Of a DNA stretch of 64,000 bases, positions 23,960 through 36,171 are shown piece by piece. This DNA comes from Octopus bimaculoides (Eukaryota): assembly GCF_001194135.2 (NCBI RefSeq), contig NC_068992.1, positions 34,573,225 through 34,637,224 on the forward strand, written 5' to 3'. How positions within the stretch are numbered: the stretch's first letter is position 1; each line of letters begins with the position of its first letter. The position numbers were made by a program, and so were the translations under genes. The notes under the pieces were generated by a model that saw only the letters and a list, made by a program, of their open reading frames with translations, made no database searches and was not told where the DNA came from.

Positions 23960-26900
23960 GATGCATTCAGAAGGGGTCTGTATTTTGTGATAAAGAGAGA
24001 CTCTTTACTAATTCTTTGGCTGTAGGTTGTATCATCTCTGAATTAATAGAGGGGAAACATTGTGAAACTTGGATTTTTGTTATTGGCACAAATATCGATG
24101 TGTTGGCTGAATGTTACTTTCCTGTTTTTTCGAAATTTTGATCTGGGATTTGTGCAGAGCCATCCGTTGATGCAGACTGTCTTTTGTTTTGCCTATGTAC
24201 TGCTCTTGTCACCCAAAGCAGGTTAGTGCGTATATCAGGTTCTCTGAAGTACATGTGAAGTTACTTTTCGCTGTGAAATTTTGTCCCTGTTTGAAGGGGA
24301 ACTCTGATCCCTCAATTAAATTGACGCATATCCCGCAGTTGGGTCTACCGCATTTTTTTACTGATGGCTTCAGTGTTGTTGATGAGCGTATTCGAGCTTG
24401 TGTTAGGAGACTTTTCATAGATTTGGGCTGTCTCTTGCTTTTTATAATGGTGTGTGTTTGGAGGATTAAGTTCATTCTGTGGTCCTTTTAGCAGGGAAAT
24501 GTTTTGAAGGATAGTGTCGAAGGCTTCATTGTTAAGAGGGTTGTATGTGGAAATGTATGGTAGGGCTTTTGGTTGTAGGACCTTCTTAAATTTGGGATGT
24601 CTGAGTTCGTGGATACTGAGTTGAAGGGCTCGTTGAAAGCATGTGTCAATTAATGTAGATAGGTAGTTCCTGGTGGTGAGAGTATCCTTTAGTTCATGTA
24701 GTCGAGTGTCCCTGATGGTTGCATTAGAGACTATAGTACATATCCTTTTTGCTAGGTTGAAGGGGATATTCATTCTGGTGTTTCTGGGGTGGCATGAGTT
24801 AAACGGTAGATATTGCTTTGAGTTCGTGGATTTAGTATATATCTGTTACGTTGTTAGATTTCTTAATAAGGATGTCGAGGAAGGGAAGTTTTTGCTGGCT
24901 ATATTCCATCGTGAATTGAATGTTTACGTCAAGTTCATTTATAAGTGCTTGAAATTCTTTAAGTCGTTCTATACTCCCATGCGAAAGAATGAAACAGTCA
25001 TCCAGGTATCTCTTCCAGTTATTTTCTACGTATAGGGAGAATGGGCTGCCGTACTTTTCTTGAACCTTATAAAGACTAATTTCTAGATATCCCATGACTA
25101 GGTTAGCAAAGGAGTGGATCATTCTGATACTCATCACAATCCCCGATTTTTGTCAGTAGAAGTTATCGTTGAAAACAAAGTAGTTGTTCTCCAAAATAAA
25201 TTTGAGCCCTTCTATCACAAAGTCTTTTTTGATGCGATGGGGGAGTTCGTTGGCGTAATTCTCTTGCCAGAATTGAATTGCTTCTATTCCTAGGTTGTGG
25301 GGATATTGGAATAGAGGTTGACTACATTGAAGGATACTAGTAGGGTGTTTTTGTTTATTGTTTCAGGAAGGTGGTTGAGCATATCCAGGTCGTCTCTTAC
25401 GTAACTTTTGACATGTTTGAAGAATGGTTTTAGGAGGGTATCTAAAAAGTTACTGAGGCGGTGGGTTTCGCATGAGGGACCTGCTATTATAGGTCTCAAT
25501 TCGAGGTCATTTGTGGTAGGGACATTGATTATTATGTCTGTGGCGATTTTGCATGCGTTACTTATTTTCTCACTTTTGTGTATTTTGAGAATACCATAGA
25601 ATTGACTGGTTTTAGTTTTGAAAGTGGTCATGTAGTCATATTCTTTGTCAGTGAGTACTTCATGGATTTTAGGTCTCTCCTTATCTTCTGCTGACTGTAG
25701 TGCTGGGTCTTTTCATATAATGTTGTGTCTTCTAACATGGATAACACTAAAGTTATATAGTATACTGTGTCCATTAAGACGACTGCACTCCCTTTATCAG
25801 CTTCTTTGATAGTTATTGTTTTGTCATCTTTTAATTTGTTTAGCTCATCCCATTCTTTTTTGTCGAAGTTTGATTTGTGCTTTTGTTTGTGCATATGTTG
25901 GTATGGGTAAATGATCAAGAGTTTTGTTCTTACCTTTTGAGGGGATGTAGTTACTTCTATTTCGGACCAATGATTCGTCCTCATTGTATTTGTTGTATAG
26001 CTCCTCAGCGAGTCGTAATTTTCTACAGAATTCCGCAATGTCTTCTTTCATTTTGTTGTAGTTGGAACGTTGTGGGGTGGGTGTAAACTTGAGTCCTTTG
26101 GAGAGTATATTGATTTGGTCTCCTGTTATTTCTTTGTGAGTTAGATTGATAATTTTTATCACTTTTGGTTCCTTCTGTGTTATCTCGTGTCTCTGTGTTT
26201 GTGTGCTGGGTCTAAAAAATGATTGCGGTAGTTGGGGCGGTGGCTGTTATGTAATTGTTCCCTATTGTTGCGGGGTGCTGTGTTATGATTTACGGTGCGG
26301 GTTTTCGGAACGGTATTGAAAAGTGTGTCCCGATATCGCATGTTCGGATGTGGTGTTTTAATGGGCCGTCGGTGGAAATTATTGTGTGTGGTGCGGGTTT
26401 GTTGTGCATGGTTGTTTAGTAGATTGTTGGAGCGAAAATTTCGTTGGTAACACCCTATGGGAGGGAAGAAGTTGCAATGTCTATCCTGCAGGTAGTGGGT
26501 TTTCCTTTCTCTGTTTGAAGTTGGGGTACACCTGATGTTGTATCGCTGGTGGTTTACAAAGTTAGAGTTGGTTCCTGTATTCTTTTTTTGGTATGGGGGA
26601 TCATTCCGTTTTTTAGATAGGTATGAATCAGTGTTTGAGTGTTGTTTTGATTTTCTTATTTTCAGGAATGGGTTGTTAGTAGCGTGCTCTATTTGAAAGA
26701 TGGTTTCATCGTTTGAGAACCAAGAAGCGCTTTTTTCCCAGCGTTGGAGGGATTCCAGTTCTTTTTTATCACAATCCTCCTTCCATAGTATGGTCGGGGC
26801 CTTGGGTCATTTTGCTAATTTCTTAGTTGACTTCTTCATCGATGGATTTTACTTTATCTTCATTTGTCTGAGCCCTCAATTTTAGAAGTTCTATTTCAAT

Positions 26901-27053
26901 TTTCATTTTTTCCAGTGCCATTCTTTCCCTGAGGTGTCTTTGTGTTTCAGGTTCAGCTGCAATGGCTTTGATATGGAGTTTCTGTGGGAGAATTAACGGT
27001 GTCCGATTGAGCCGTTTTTCGTATATATCCGCTTTGTTGTTGTTTTGGATCAT
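23960..27053 (-). pseudogene. Frameshifted PLE polyprotein (telomerase-related RT plus GIY-YIG endonuclease)
   Basis: LSKGLKFTPTP, IKEADKGSAVVLMD, FYGILKIHK, LRPIIAGPSCETHRLS, SFNVVNLYSNIP, FANLVMGYLE, WKRYLDDCF, LPFLDILI, NIPFNLAKRICTIV, CGRPNCGIC linker and FTCTSENLIYALTC. Confidence 0.9.
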
Positions 27054-27355
27054 CTTCCAGAAGGCGATTTTCTATCTCTGAGTGATTTGTTCCGTTGTGG
27101 TACTACTATCATAGCACTTCCGCTTCTTCTTTTTCTTCTTCTTCTCCTCCTTCTCTTCCTCCTCTTCCTCCTCCTCCTTCTTCTTCTTAGCCAAAAATTC
27201 ACAACGACCTCGAACCCATTAGAGTTAACAAGAGAAACAGAGACAGATAGAAACAAGGAAAATGACCCTGATATTTGAATACTGTGCAAATATGTTTTTA
27301 AAAAGACTTTTCATTTAAATCTGCCAAAATTTAATTTTTCCAAAATTTTTATCCA

Positions 27356-27400
27356 TATTTACAGTTGAAAAGATCTCAAGGATCGAAACCGGTACTGAAA
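27356..27400 (+). ncRNA. Minimal type I hammerhead ribozyme motif, U3:A8 core variant (inverted 5' pseudo-LTR)
   Basis: ATTTACAG-TTGAAAA-GATC/tcaag/GATC-GAAA-CCGG-TA-CTGAAAT. Confidence 0.7.
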
Positions 27401-27449
27401 TGTTTTTTATAAAAGTATTTTAGCATTTTCTACCTTGACTTTTTTTTTT

Positions 27450-27487
<38 letters not shown>

Positions 27488-27769
27488 AATTACCCAATTA
27501 GCTTTAAATATTTATTCATTGAACTGCTATCCATAAATGCTTATATAATATACACACAATTAGGGTCAGTACTAGGAAAAAATGTCTATGCGTCACTCTA
27601 CTCTACAAAAACTGAAGATTGATGCTTTATGCTCTGTGTAGTACACCAGCCCCAGCCAAAGAGTGTTGAGGACTTCAGGTTTCTCCATTAGCTACAATGG
27701 TATACTAAAATTTGAAAGATCATATGAAAGATTTAATGTTTTATTACAAGTCAAGATAATTACTGACAT

Positions 27770-29420
27770 GCTGTTTGTGAATAGGTCTTGTAAAAACAAA
27801 CTTTTCTGGCATTTTATCTGAGAAGTCTTTGAAAATAATTTCAAAGCTTTTGTCATGTCATTTTCTATATATAGCATCACCAAATTATTTAGTCTCCTTT
27901 GTGAAATTGTAGAACATTCAAATCAGTTTTATCTTTGAAAAACTTCCTTCAACTGATGCGACTGTTATGAGCAATGTTAAGGAAATCCTCATGCTGTGAA
28001 TTGATTGTTTGCTCCCATGTATCCAAGCAGATATTGAGGTGTTATGGCACTGAAAGGAAGAAAAGTGTTTAGAGCTTCAAGTTCTTTGGCCAAGGTTGGA
28101 CTGCACACAATTGTGAAGAAAAGTGAATACATGTCTTTCTGCCAATCAATTAAAGTTGAACTGTTTGCTATGAGTGGTTCCACAATGAATGTTTTTGAAA
28201 ACTTCAAGAACTTAGGTGGTTGAGCGGGCAGTTTGGAAGCAGACAAGATCAGGAAGGCACAAGCATAGACAGCTTGCCACAAACTAAAGAAGGTCTTAAA
28301 CTCCAAACAGTCCAGGCGAATCAAAATCAAGCTGTTCATTGTCACTGTCAAATCAGTGTCAAATTATATGGCAGTAAAACATAGACACTGACAAAGAAAT
28401 TATCAAACAGGATAGATGGTGGCCACACAAGGATGCTACAAAAGGCTTTTAAATGTGAAATGGCAGCAGCATATGACAAACGAATGCCTTTATGGAGACC
28501 TACTGAAAGGTAATGAGAAGATCAAGCAAATATGGCTGCAACTATCTGGTTACTGCCACCCTGAACTTGAAGCATCCAAATTAGTCTTGTGGAACCCGCT
28601 TCATGGTAGAAGAAGAGGAAAATGTTGTCACACTTACATTGACAACTTGATCACGGACACTGGCCTGGAATGTATCCAGGAGCTCAAGGCAGTGATGTTG
28701 GACCAAGGTATATCGTGAGTGGTCTTTGGTGCTGCAGCATGGGTTGGAACCCGACCATAAGAAAATAATAATGTATGTTTTTAGTTGTTTCAGTATAATA
28801 AAAGCATTAAATTCTATCAGCAGACTGAGAGTATACAACTCAAAGTCTTTTGGCATGCTTACCATTTGAAAGTTTCCTCTTAAAGTTTGTAAAAACACAA
28901 TTCCTTTCCATTTCATGGAAAGTTGTTCACAGGAATATCAGAAGCAGGACCTTTTGTTGTTAAATAATCTCTTAAACCTTGGCTTACATCTGCTGGCCAC
29001 TTGGCTGGGTTATCAGAAATGTTAACTATGACTGTACTTTAGGATGAGCCATGTTCTTCATCACTTATAACTAGACTTCCCATTGTGATCCTGTCTTCTG
29101 GAGTGTTAACATTGTCTGCAACCTGATTCACAGCTGCATCATCATTTTTATAAGTTGTTGCCAATTTCATCATTGTATTCATCAATTATAATTGGACTAA
29201 TGACTGTGTTGTCATTTTCTGAATCGTTCTTGTTTTCTTCATTTTCAATATGTTGTCACTTCAAAGTTGGAGTGACAAGAAATTTTGTTGGAGTATCTCT
29301 TTGATTTTTCATTTTCAGCTGCCTTAGCCTTGGCAGGTGTTCATTTCTGATTGCTGCTCAACTACTTTTGTCTTCTGTCTCTATCTCTGCTTGTGCTTGC
29401 CATGACATAAGGGCATTTTC
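27770..29420 (-). mobile_element. Internally deleted hAT transposase pseudogene (ZMYM1/TTF-zinc-finger-like N-terminus plus dimerisation domain), split by an RTE-X
   Basis: 28760-29420: ISDNPAKWPADVSQGLRDYLTTKGP..NFP..RKLSNGKHAKRL.LYSQSADRI. 27770-27990: RISLTLLITVASVEGSFSKIKLI...LVMLYIENDMTKAL. The DDE core is absent. Confidence 0.75.
27990..28760 (+). mobile_element. RTE-X-like LINE 3' fragment
   Basis: AKVGLHTIVKKSEYMSF, IRKAQA*TACHKLKKV, LNVKWQQHMTNECLYGDL, KLVLWNPLHGRRRG..TYIDNL..DTGL. Confidence 0.8.
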
Positions 29421-30247
29421 TATTACTTTTTTTAGAAAAGCTAAACAGTGGCAATAAACTGAGATTACAAAATAAAATCATTTACAACCAAGACCCCTAC
29501 TAACACTGAAAAATAATATATATGTGAATGTATGCTTCTTATGATTAAAACAGAAGATTCTTTCTTTTTTAAAAGACTGGGAGTAAGAAGAAAAGCAGGG
29601 TGCAAAAGAATAAGCTCTCGTAAATAGAAATGTAAATACTCTTTATGCTAATGAGCTAAAAACTATTTAATTTTATATGTAGATCTTGGATTTACTTATA
29701 ACCCCATTCCACTTTTATATGCAGGCTTAAGACTAAGTTTGCAGTTTGACAAGCAAGGTAAATGGTGATGATAAACTGAAATAAAAAGCAAATAAACAAA
29801 TGAATAGCAACAAAACATTGAAACAAATATACGAGAACAGATTAAATAGTTTCACTGTATTCAGAGTATCAAGAAACTTTATGCACACTTGACATTCATT
29901 AACCCTATGACTGCTTCAATTAAAATTGGAGAATTGCCTCAAAAAGCTATTTGGAATACTAAAATATGGAATCTCTATTTTTCTGTTACGTTCATTTTTT
30001 TTTTATTTTTTTTTTTAGTTACATCTTCTTTTCTTAGAAAACACTTTTACTAACATAATTTTTTAAACTTTTACCAAAAGAGAGCTGCCATTTTCCAAAA
30101 ATCATCAGACACAAAGCAGATTGGGTGATCTTGATTATTTCCTGTTTTTACTCCTAGTTTAGGTGTTCCTATCTTTATAAAAATGTATCTATATACATAT
30201 TAATTATCAAAAATTATTCATAAATACAGGCAAAAAACAATAAAGAT

Positions 30248-30645
30248 ATATCTTTCAACAAAATAAATTGAGAGATATGCTATAGGAAATGCCTTAAGAT
30301 AATCAATGGCATATCCCTTTGATGTTTGTTGAGATAACTAAACAAAGCTAATTATGATGCCTTGCCTACCAGATGTTGCCAGGCACATGTGCCACGGAAA
30401 ATAAATATCACAGCTGAATAAGACATTTTTCTAAAGTCATGGGTAAAATACCTTTAAACAAAATAACTTGAGAGATACACTATAGGAAAATACCACAAGG
30501 TAATCAATTATATAAATTGCCCTTTGGTGCTTGATGAGATAACTGAGCTATGTTGGTTATGATGCCTTGCCTGTAAGATGTTGCCAGGAACTTATGTCAC
30601 AGAAAACAAATATTGCAGTTAAATAAGACATTTTTCTGGTCATTG
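30248..30645. repeat. Two-unit tandem duplication (~198-bp period)
   Basis: Both units contain ttgagagata..ctatagga...ttatgatgccttgcct...agatgttgccagg...aataagacattttt. Confidence 0.85.
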
Positions 30646-31012
30646 GACAGGGGCCATGCTGGGGCACTACCTTGAAGAATTTTAGTTGAATAAGTAGACT
30701 CCAGAACATATTTCTTTTTCTAAGACTGGTATATATTCTATCAGCCTCTTTTGCTAAACCACTAGGTTATGGGATCATAAACACACCAACACTAGTTGTC
30801 AAGTAGTTGGGGAGGTTAAAAACACAGATGCACATACACACATACACTCACACACTCATACACACGCACTCACACACACACACATATATATGAAGGGCTT
30901 CTTTCAGTTCCCATCTATCAAATCCACTTACAAGGCTTTTGTCAGCCTGAGGCTAAAAAGTAGAAGACACTAGCCCAAGGTAACACATAGTGGGACTGAA
31001 TCTGGAACCAAG
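30638..31012 (-). mobile_element. tRNA-derived CORE-like SINE, family B (octopus OR-like), decayed
   Basis: Reverse complement of ...gtgtcttctact...gccttgt.agtggatttg.tagatgg.aactgaaagaagccc with an internal (CA)n. Confidence 0.75.
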
Positions 31013-31655
31013 ACCCAAACTTCCAAGTTCTGTATTTTCTTTTACCCAAAGCCAGGAACTTTTCAGTACACTTTCATAAACACACATACACACATATATT
31101 AATGAAACTCAATGTATATCTTGTGGCACAAGTTTCAAACTACTTCTGTTTTCAACTGAGAATTGTTACAATTTCATTTGGTGGAATACTTGTTTTCAAT
31201 GATGTGTAAGGGGTGGAGGGTCTCTTCATGTCTGTTGGTTTGCTTCTCATATTTGCTAAATGGCTATCATTTTTATGCTTCTCCGTCGGTCACATCTTGT
31301 GGCTGCTGTTTATTTTCACTGTTGTGTTTTTAATTAGTCTTCTTTTAATTTAATTTTTATTGGCTTGTGTGTTGACTGAATTTGTCTGTTATTCTAATTA
31401 GTGCTGTTTCTACTGTATTTGGTAATTTTTTTCTGTTTGCAAATACTGATGTCATGGAAAAGTTGTTTTGTTGGTGTGAATCTTTTTTAGCCAAGGTTTG
31501 TTATTAACATGTGTGGTAATTCAGATGGTCCTGTAAGTTTGTTTGTGTATGTGAGTGCGTTGTTCATATACATACATAGAAGAAGGGCCAAAACTCATGC
31601 ACCAAAACATTTGACATTTTATTTATATTACATTATTATTATTATCATTATTATT

Positions 31656-31866
31656 AAGGTAGTGAGCTGGCAAAATCATTAGCATACTGGGTGAAATGCT
31701 TAGTGGCATTTCATTTGTCTTCATGTTCTGAGTTCAAACTCTACTGAGGCCAACTGTGCCTTTCATCCTTTCAGGATTAATGAAATAAGTACCAGTTGAG
31801 TATTGGAGTCAATGCAATCAACTCACCCCTTTCCCAAAATTGCTGGTCTTGAGCCAAATATGGAAT
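31656..31866 (+). mobile_element. tRNA-derived SINE, family A
   Basis: aaggtagtgagctggcaaaatc...ctgagttcaaact; flanked by (ATT)n. Confidence 0.85.
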
Positions 31867-31882
31867 TATTATTATTATTATT

Positions 31883-31920
<38 letters not shown>

Positions 31921-31936
31921 TATTATTATCATTATT

Positions 31937-32128
31937 AAGGCAGTGAGCTGGCAGAATCATTAGCACACCGAGTGAAATACTTTGCAGTATTTTGTCTGCT
32001 ACTATGTTCTGAGTTCAAATTCCACCTTTCATCCTTTCGGGGTCGACAAATTAAGTACCAGTTGAATACTGGGGTCGAAGTAATCGACACATTCCAGCCC
32101 CCAAAATGGTCGATCTTGTGGCAAAAGT
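31937..32128 (+). mobile_element. tRNA-derived SINE, family A
   Basis: aaggcagtgagctggcagaatc...ctttcatcctttcggggtcgac. Confidence 0.85.
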
Positions 32129-32762
32129 TGAAATTATATTTTGTTCATCATGTACAAGTATGTGTGAATTGATCATTATTTTGTTTATTTTATTCTATTT
32201 TAGAAAAATTGAAACATGTGTTTGACAACTCTGGAGTGTCATGAACTTATTTTGTGTGTAACTTTTAGCCTACCCTCTGTGTGTGTATATGTGGGTGTGT
32301 ATGCATATGTAATATATATTTTTGCATAAATGGAGTGTATTTCCATGCAAGAAAGAATATAGAATTTGTTTTTGAAAATGCACCTGAACTTGAAAAACTT
32401 TAAATAAATTTATTTACATACATACCAAGCTAGTTTCAACAACTCTTTGTTTATCAGTGGTATAAACATTTATAAAACAATGGGATTTTAACAATTTAAA
32501 ATTGTAAAGTAGAAAACATGTTCACAAAATTCAATGACAGGAGAAGATACCAAACATAACCAGCAAACAATATAGAAAATGTGGATTACTAAAAGTTCAA
32601 CCATATTGAATTATTATAGAATATGTGGTCAAGAGAGAGAAATAAGAAAAGAAGTGAGTAAAGAGAGCGGTTTTTTTTTTACAGTTTCTGTCATCTTGCG
32701 GATGATTCTTTTTTCCATCACATACAGGGCATTTTGCTTTTAACAGAATTTTAGAATCAGTG

Positions 32763-32789
<27 letters not shown>

Positions 32790-32793
<4 letters not shown>

Positions 32794-35440
32794 CCGTGGA
32801 TGGATGTAATTTTTGATTCGTTATAAATCTGATGACATTTTATTCTTTCTGGTGGTCAAGTCTGGAGTTCTACTTGGTTGACTTCCTTGTAAGCAATGGT
32901 CATCAACCATTTTGGTTGATTGATTATCTTAAGGGGTCAGTTTGTTTTTCTGAGGGTCCAGTTCGAATTGGAGGTAAAATTTAATTGGTCTAGAGATAGG
33001 TGACGTCAGCAACTGGTGTTTGAGAAGGTGTATGGTGTTATTGTATAGAGATTTGGAGTTCTGGTTTCAAATCCCAGGAGGAAAACTGTTATGAAAGTTT
33101 TCAAATTATGTCTGTTGTATCTCATGGGCTTTTGTGGAGAAATTGAGTTTTTACTTCTTTCTAAAGGATATTTAGCTGTGGCTTATATTTTTTAATGAGT
33201 ATGTTTTCCTTGTTCAATTGGAATTGGGTTGAAGTATTTCTGGTACATTGACAGAGAGGGAAGATTTGGTATTTCGGGTTTATGTCTGCAGGGCATTGAT
33301 TTAGGTGTTTGCTTACAGGAATTTTCTTGGTCATGGGGTCCCAGATTTGTTGCCTATGTACCGTCAGTCTGTCCCTCAAGGTCAAACTAGTTTGACCTAT
33401 GTAGTCTCTATCACACCCACCACATTTGAGGACAGCTTAAGTTCTTCGATGCACAGTGAAGTGATTTTTGATGGTGAAAATTTTGACCTGACATACATTT
33501 ATATGCTGAGCCCTCCAAGAGGCAGATACAAGTCACACAGTTAAGGTAGTTGCCTTTTTTGACTAATGGGATTGTATTTTTGGTGGAGAATTTGGCACTG
33601 GTGAGTTAACTTTTATAGGGTATATGGTTGTATCTTGCTTTTAATAATCCAATGTGTTTCCAGTGCTTTTTTCACTCACAGATCTTCATAAGGAGGAGTA
33701 TGTTTTGGAAGATGATGTTGTATGCTTCCATGTTCCTCAGATTGTGTGTTGATATGTAAGATAAAGTTTAAAATGTGTTATGGGGTTTTCTTGTTTTCCG
33801 TAACTCTGGGATTATCTATCATTTTTGCACATTCTATTCCAATTTTGATTAAACTAGCCAGGCATTTTCTTTCTAGTAATGTGTCTTTTTAGTTAGGGAG
33901 TCATTTATCGTGGGTTTCAGGATTTGATGCATTCATGCAGATTCTTCTTGCTAAGTTGAACTGCATATTGATTTTAGTATGTTTTGAGTGGCAGGAAGAG
34001 AATAGAATATACTGTTTTGTGTCTGTTGGTCTGAAGTAGATGTCAGTTTCCATTTCAGTATCTCTTTTTATGTTTAAGATGTCTAAGAAGGATAGCTGTT
34101 TGTAAATTGGATACTGTGACTAATGCTGTTGATTAAATTCTAAGACCACAGAATGAAACAATCATCCAGGTAGCATTTCCAGTTGGCAAATAAGTATTTT
34201 TAGAAGTTGTCTCCTAATTTCAGTCTAGCGAGCTCATATATTTGAATTTCCAAGTATGCCATGACAAGGTTAGCAAAAGCAGGGGCTATCCTTGTTTCCA
34301 TCGCAGTGCCCAATTTTGTCTGTAAGTGTTCTCATTGAAAGTGAAATTGTTCTGTAAGATGAATTTTATTGCTTCAATGATGAATCCTTTTCCAATTCAG
34401 TCAGGAATGTCATTTGGGAATTTATCCAGCCAGAATTCTATGGCTTCTATTCTGTATTCATGAGGAATCAAAGTGTAGAGGTTTATTACATTGAATGAAG
34501 CCAGAAGAGAGTCCTTGCTGGTTGTGTTCAAGAGATGATTTAAAAAATCCAAATCATCCCTTATAAAGCTCAGTATATGTTGAAGAGTAGGTTTTAGGAG
34601 GACATCGATAGAGTTATTGAGTCTGTGTGTCTCACATGAGGGACTGGCCACAATAGGTCTCATTTTGAAATCTCTCGAATGTGGAATACTTATGACTAAA
34701 GAAGTTGATTTGCTTCACTTCTGTGGATTTTGAGAAGTCCTTTTGTCGGACAGAAGTTAGTTTTATTATGAAGTATTGACTGATCATTAGTTCCTTTATC
34801 AAATAGTTCTTTGATGACTTAAAGTTTTCTATAGAATTCCTGGATATCATTTAGGTTCGATTTTTATGGTGTTGGGGTTAACTTCAGTCCTTTTGCAAGG
34901 ATTTTGATTTGTTGGTTTGAAAGGGTTTTACGGGAGAGATTTATAATTTTCAGGATTTCACATCTGGTTGGTGCCATCGAGTGTCCTGGATTTGGCCCAG
35001 TTTGCTTAAAAAATGGTTTCTTGGTTTTTGATGTATGAAATTAGTGCTCTTGTTGATTGTCATTCCTTGATCTATTGTGGGTTGCAATGGGTTTTGTGTG
35101 AGGTTGTTGTAATGGTAATATCTTGTGGTTTGGATGAGGTGGTCATTGTGGAAGACATGTCTCAAATGAGAGAAGTTCCTATTTCTTCTTTGGTCCTTTT
35201 TGAGGTCTTCATTATGTGGGATGTGTCTCAGACATGGAGAGTTCCTATTTCTTCAAAGAAATCATTCACAAAGAAGTTAAGTCTGAGATGTGGAGGGTTC
35301 CTAGGGTGAGTGGGGTTTCTGTATCTTTGAGCGGGGGGTGTTAAGGGTGCATTGGAATTTCCCATTTTGTGTCAATGATGAGTATTTGGTTGGTTATTCG
35401 ACGGAACTCTAGTGAGGGTATTGGTTATTCTTTGTTCTAG
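32790..35440 (-). mobile_element. Second Penelope-like element (Neptune-type), decayed; 3' end at (TA)n
   Basis: MRPIVASPSCETHRL, DDLDFLNHL, SFNVINLYTLIPH, GTAMETRIAPAFANLVMAYLE, CGGCDRDYIGQT.LTLRDRLTVHRQQI, KKYKPQLN. Confidence 0.85.
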
Positions 35441-35578
35441 GTGGGCATTCAGGTATTTTTCTGGTAGTATAAAAGGCAATATGAAAGGTGAAGATATATT
35501 TAACCACATGATTTCCATAGGATTACAGCCATAGTCACGTAATTCACTAAATTTATATCTTATATCATTCATTTATAT

Positions 35579-36109
35579 TGGGGGTGGGGAAACTTTTTAG
35601 TGCAGTGGACAAAAATTTACAAAGAAAAAGGTCTGCAGGCAGATCACAAGTTCTAACTCTTATATGTGTAGATCTTGGATATATCTATGTATAATTCGTT
35701 ATACATTAATAAAAATAAGTTTAACACATTTTAAATTAATGCAAAACATCTTCATTGATGCCACTACTGAATTTAGGACATTTATATTACTTATGAGGTT
35801 TCTATATTTTTCAGTAAGAGTGTAGCTGGGTCTCAAGGGGTTGGTACAAACCTAGCAATATGTGTTCTATAATGAAAACACTATTTCCGTTTAAATGGCA
35901 ATTAGCAGACGATTTTCTGTTCGAGTCTAACCGTCTTAAGTCATAGTGGAAACGTGACCTATGTCACAAATATGCATGCGAATATTGTATAAATTTCATA
36001 ATCAAAAACTTAACTATATTTTGTACATACAAGTTTATCCGCCTGTGGGTGAAATAAAATGGGCTTGTGGGCACAATTGCACGTGCGGGCGAGGTTTTCC
36101 TCACCCCTG
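35579..36109. mobile_element. hAT-type MITE (531 bp) with 8-bp TSD
   Basis: Termini TGGGGGTGGGGAAAC and reverse complement CAGGGGTGAGGAAAAC; ATTTATAT at 35571-35578 and 36110-36117. Confidence 0.75.
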
Positions 36110-36171
36110 ATTTATATACACACAGACAGGCACAACCACATGCACACATATATATATGTATAAGAATTTAG

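Larger units (their letters stand above)
23321..27451 (-). mobile_element. Penelope-like element (Neptune-type), with inverted pseudo-LTRs, inserted in (TA)n
   Basis: Inverted repeats at 23321-23614 and 27103-27451; internal RT followed by a C-terminal GIY-YIG endonuclease; TA repeats at both ends. Confidence 0.9.

Noticed and set aside
23960-35440. Possibility that the PLEs are Naiad-type (N-terminal endonuclease, selenoprotein-encoding)
   Set aside because: The endonuclease is C-terminal in both copies, and the disruptions include frameshifts and non-TGA stops.
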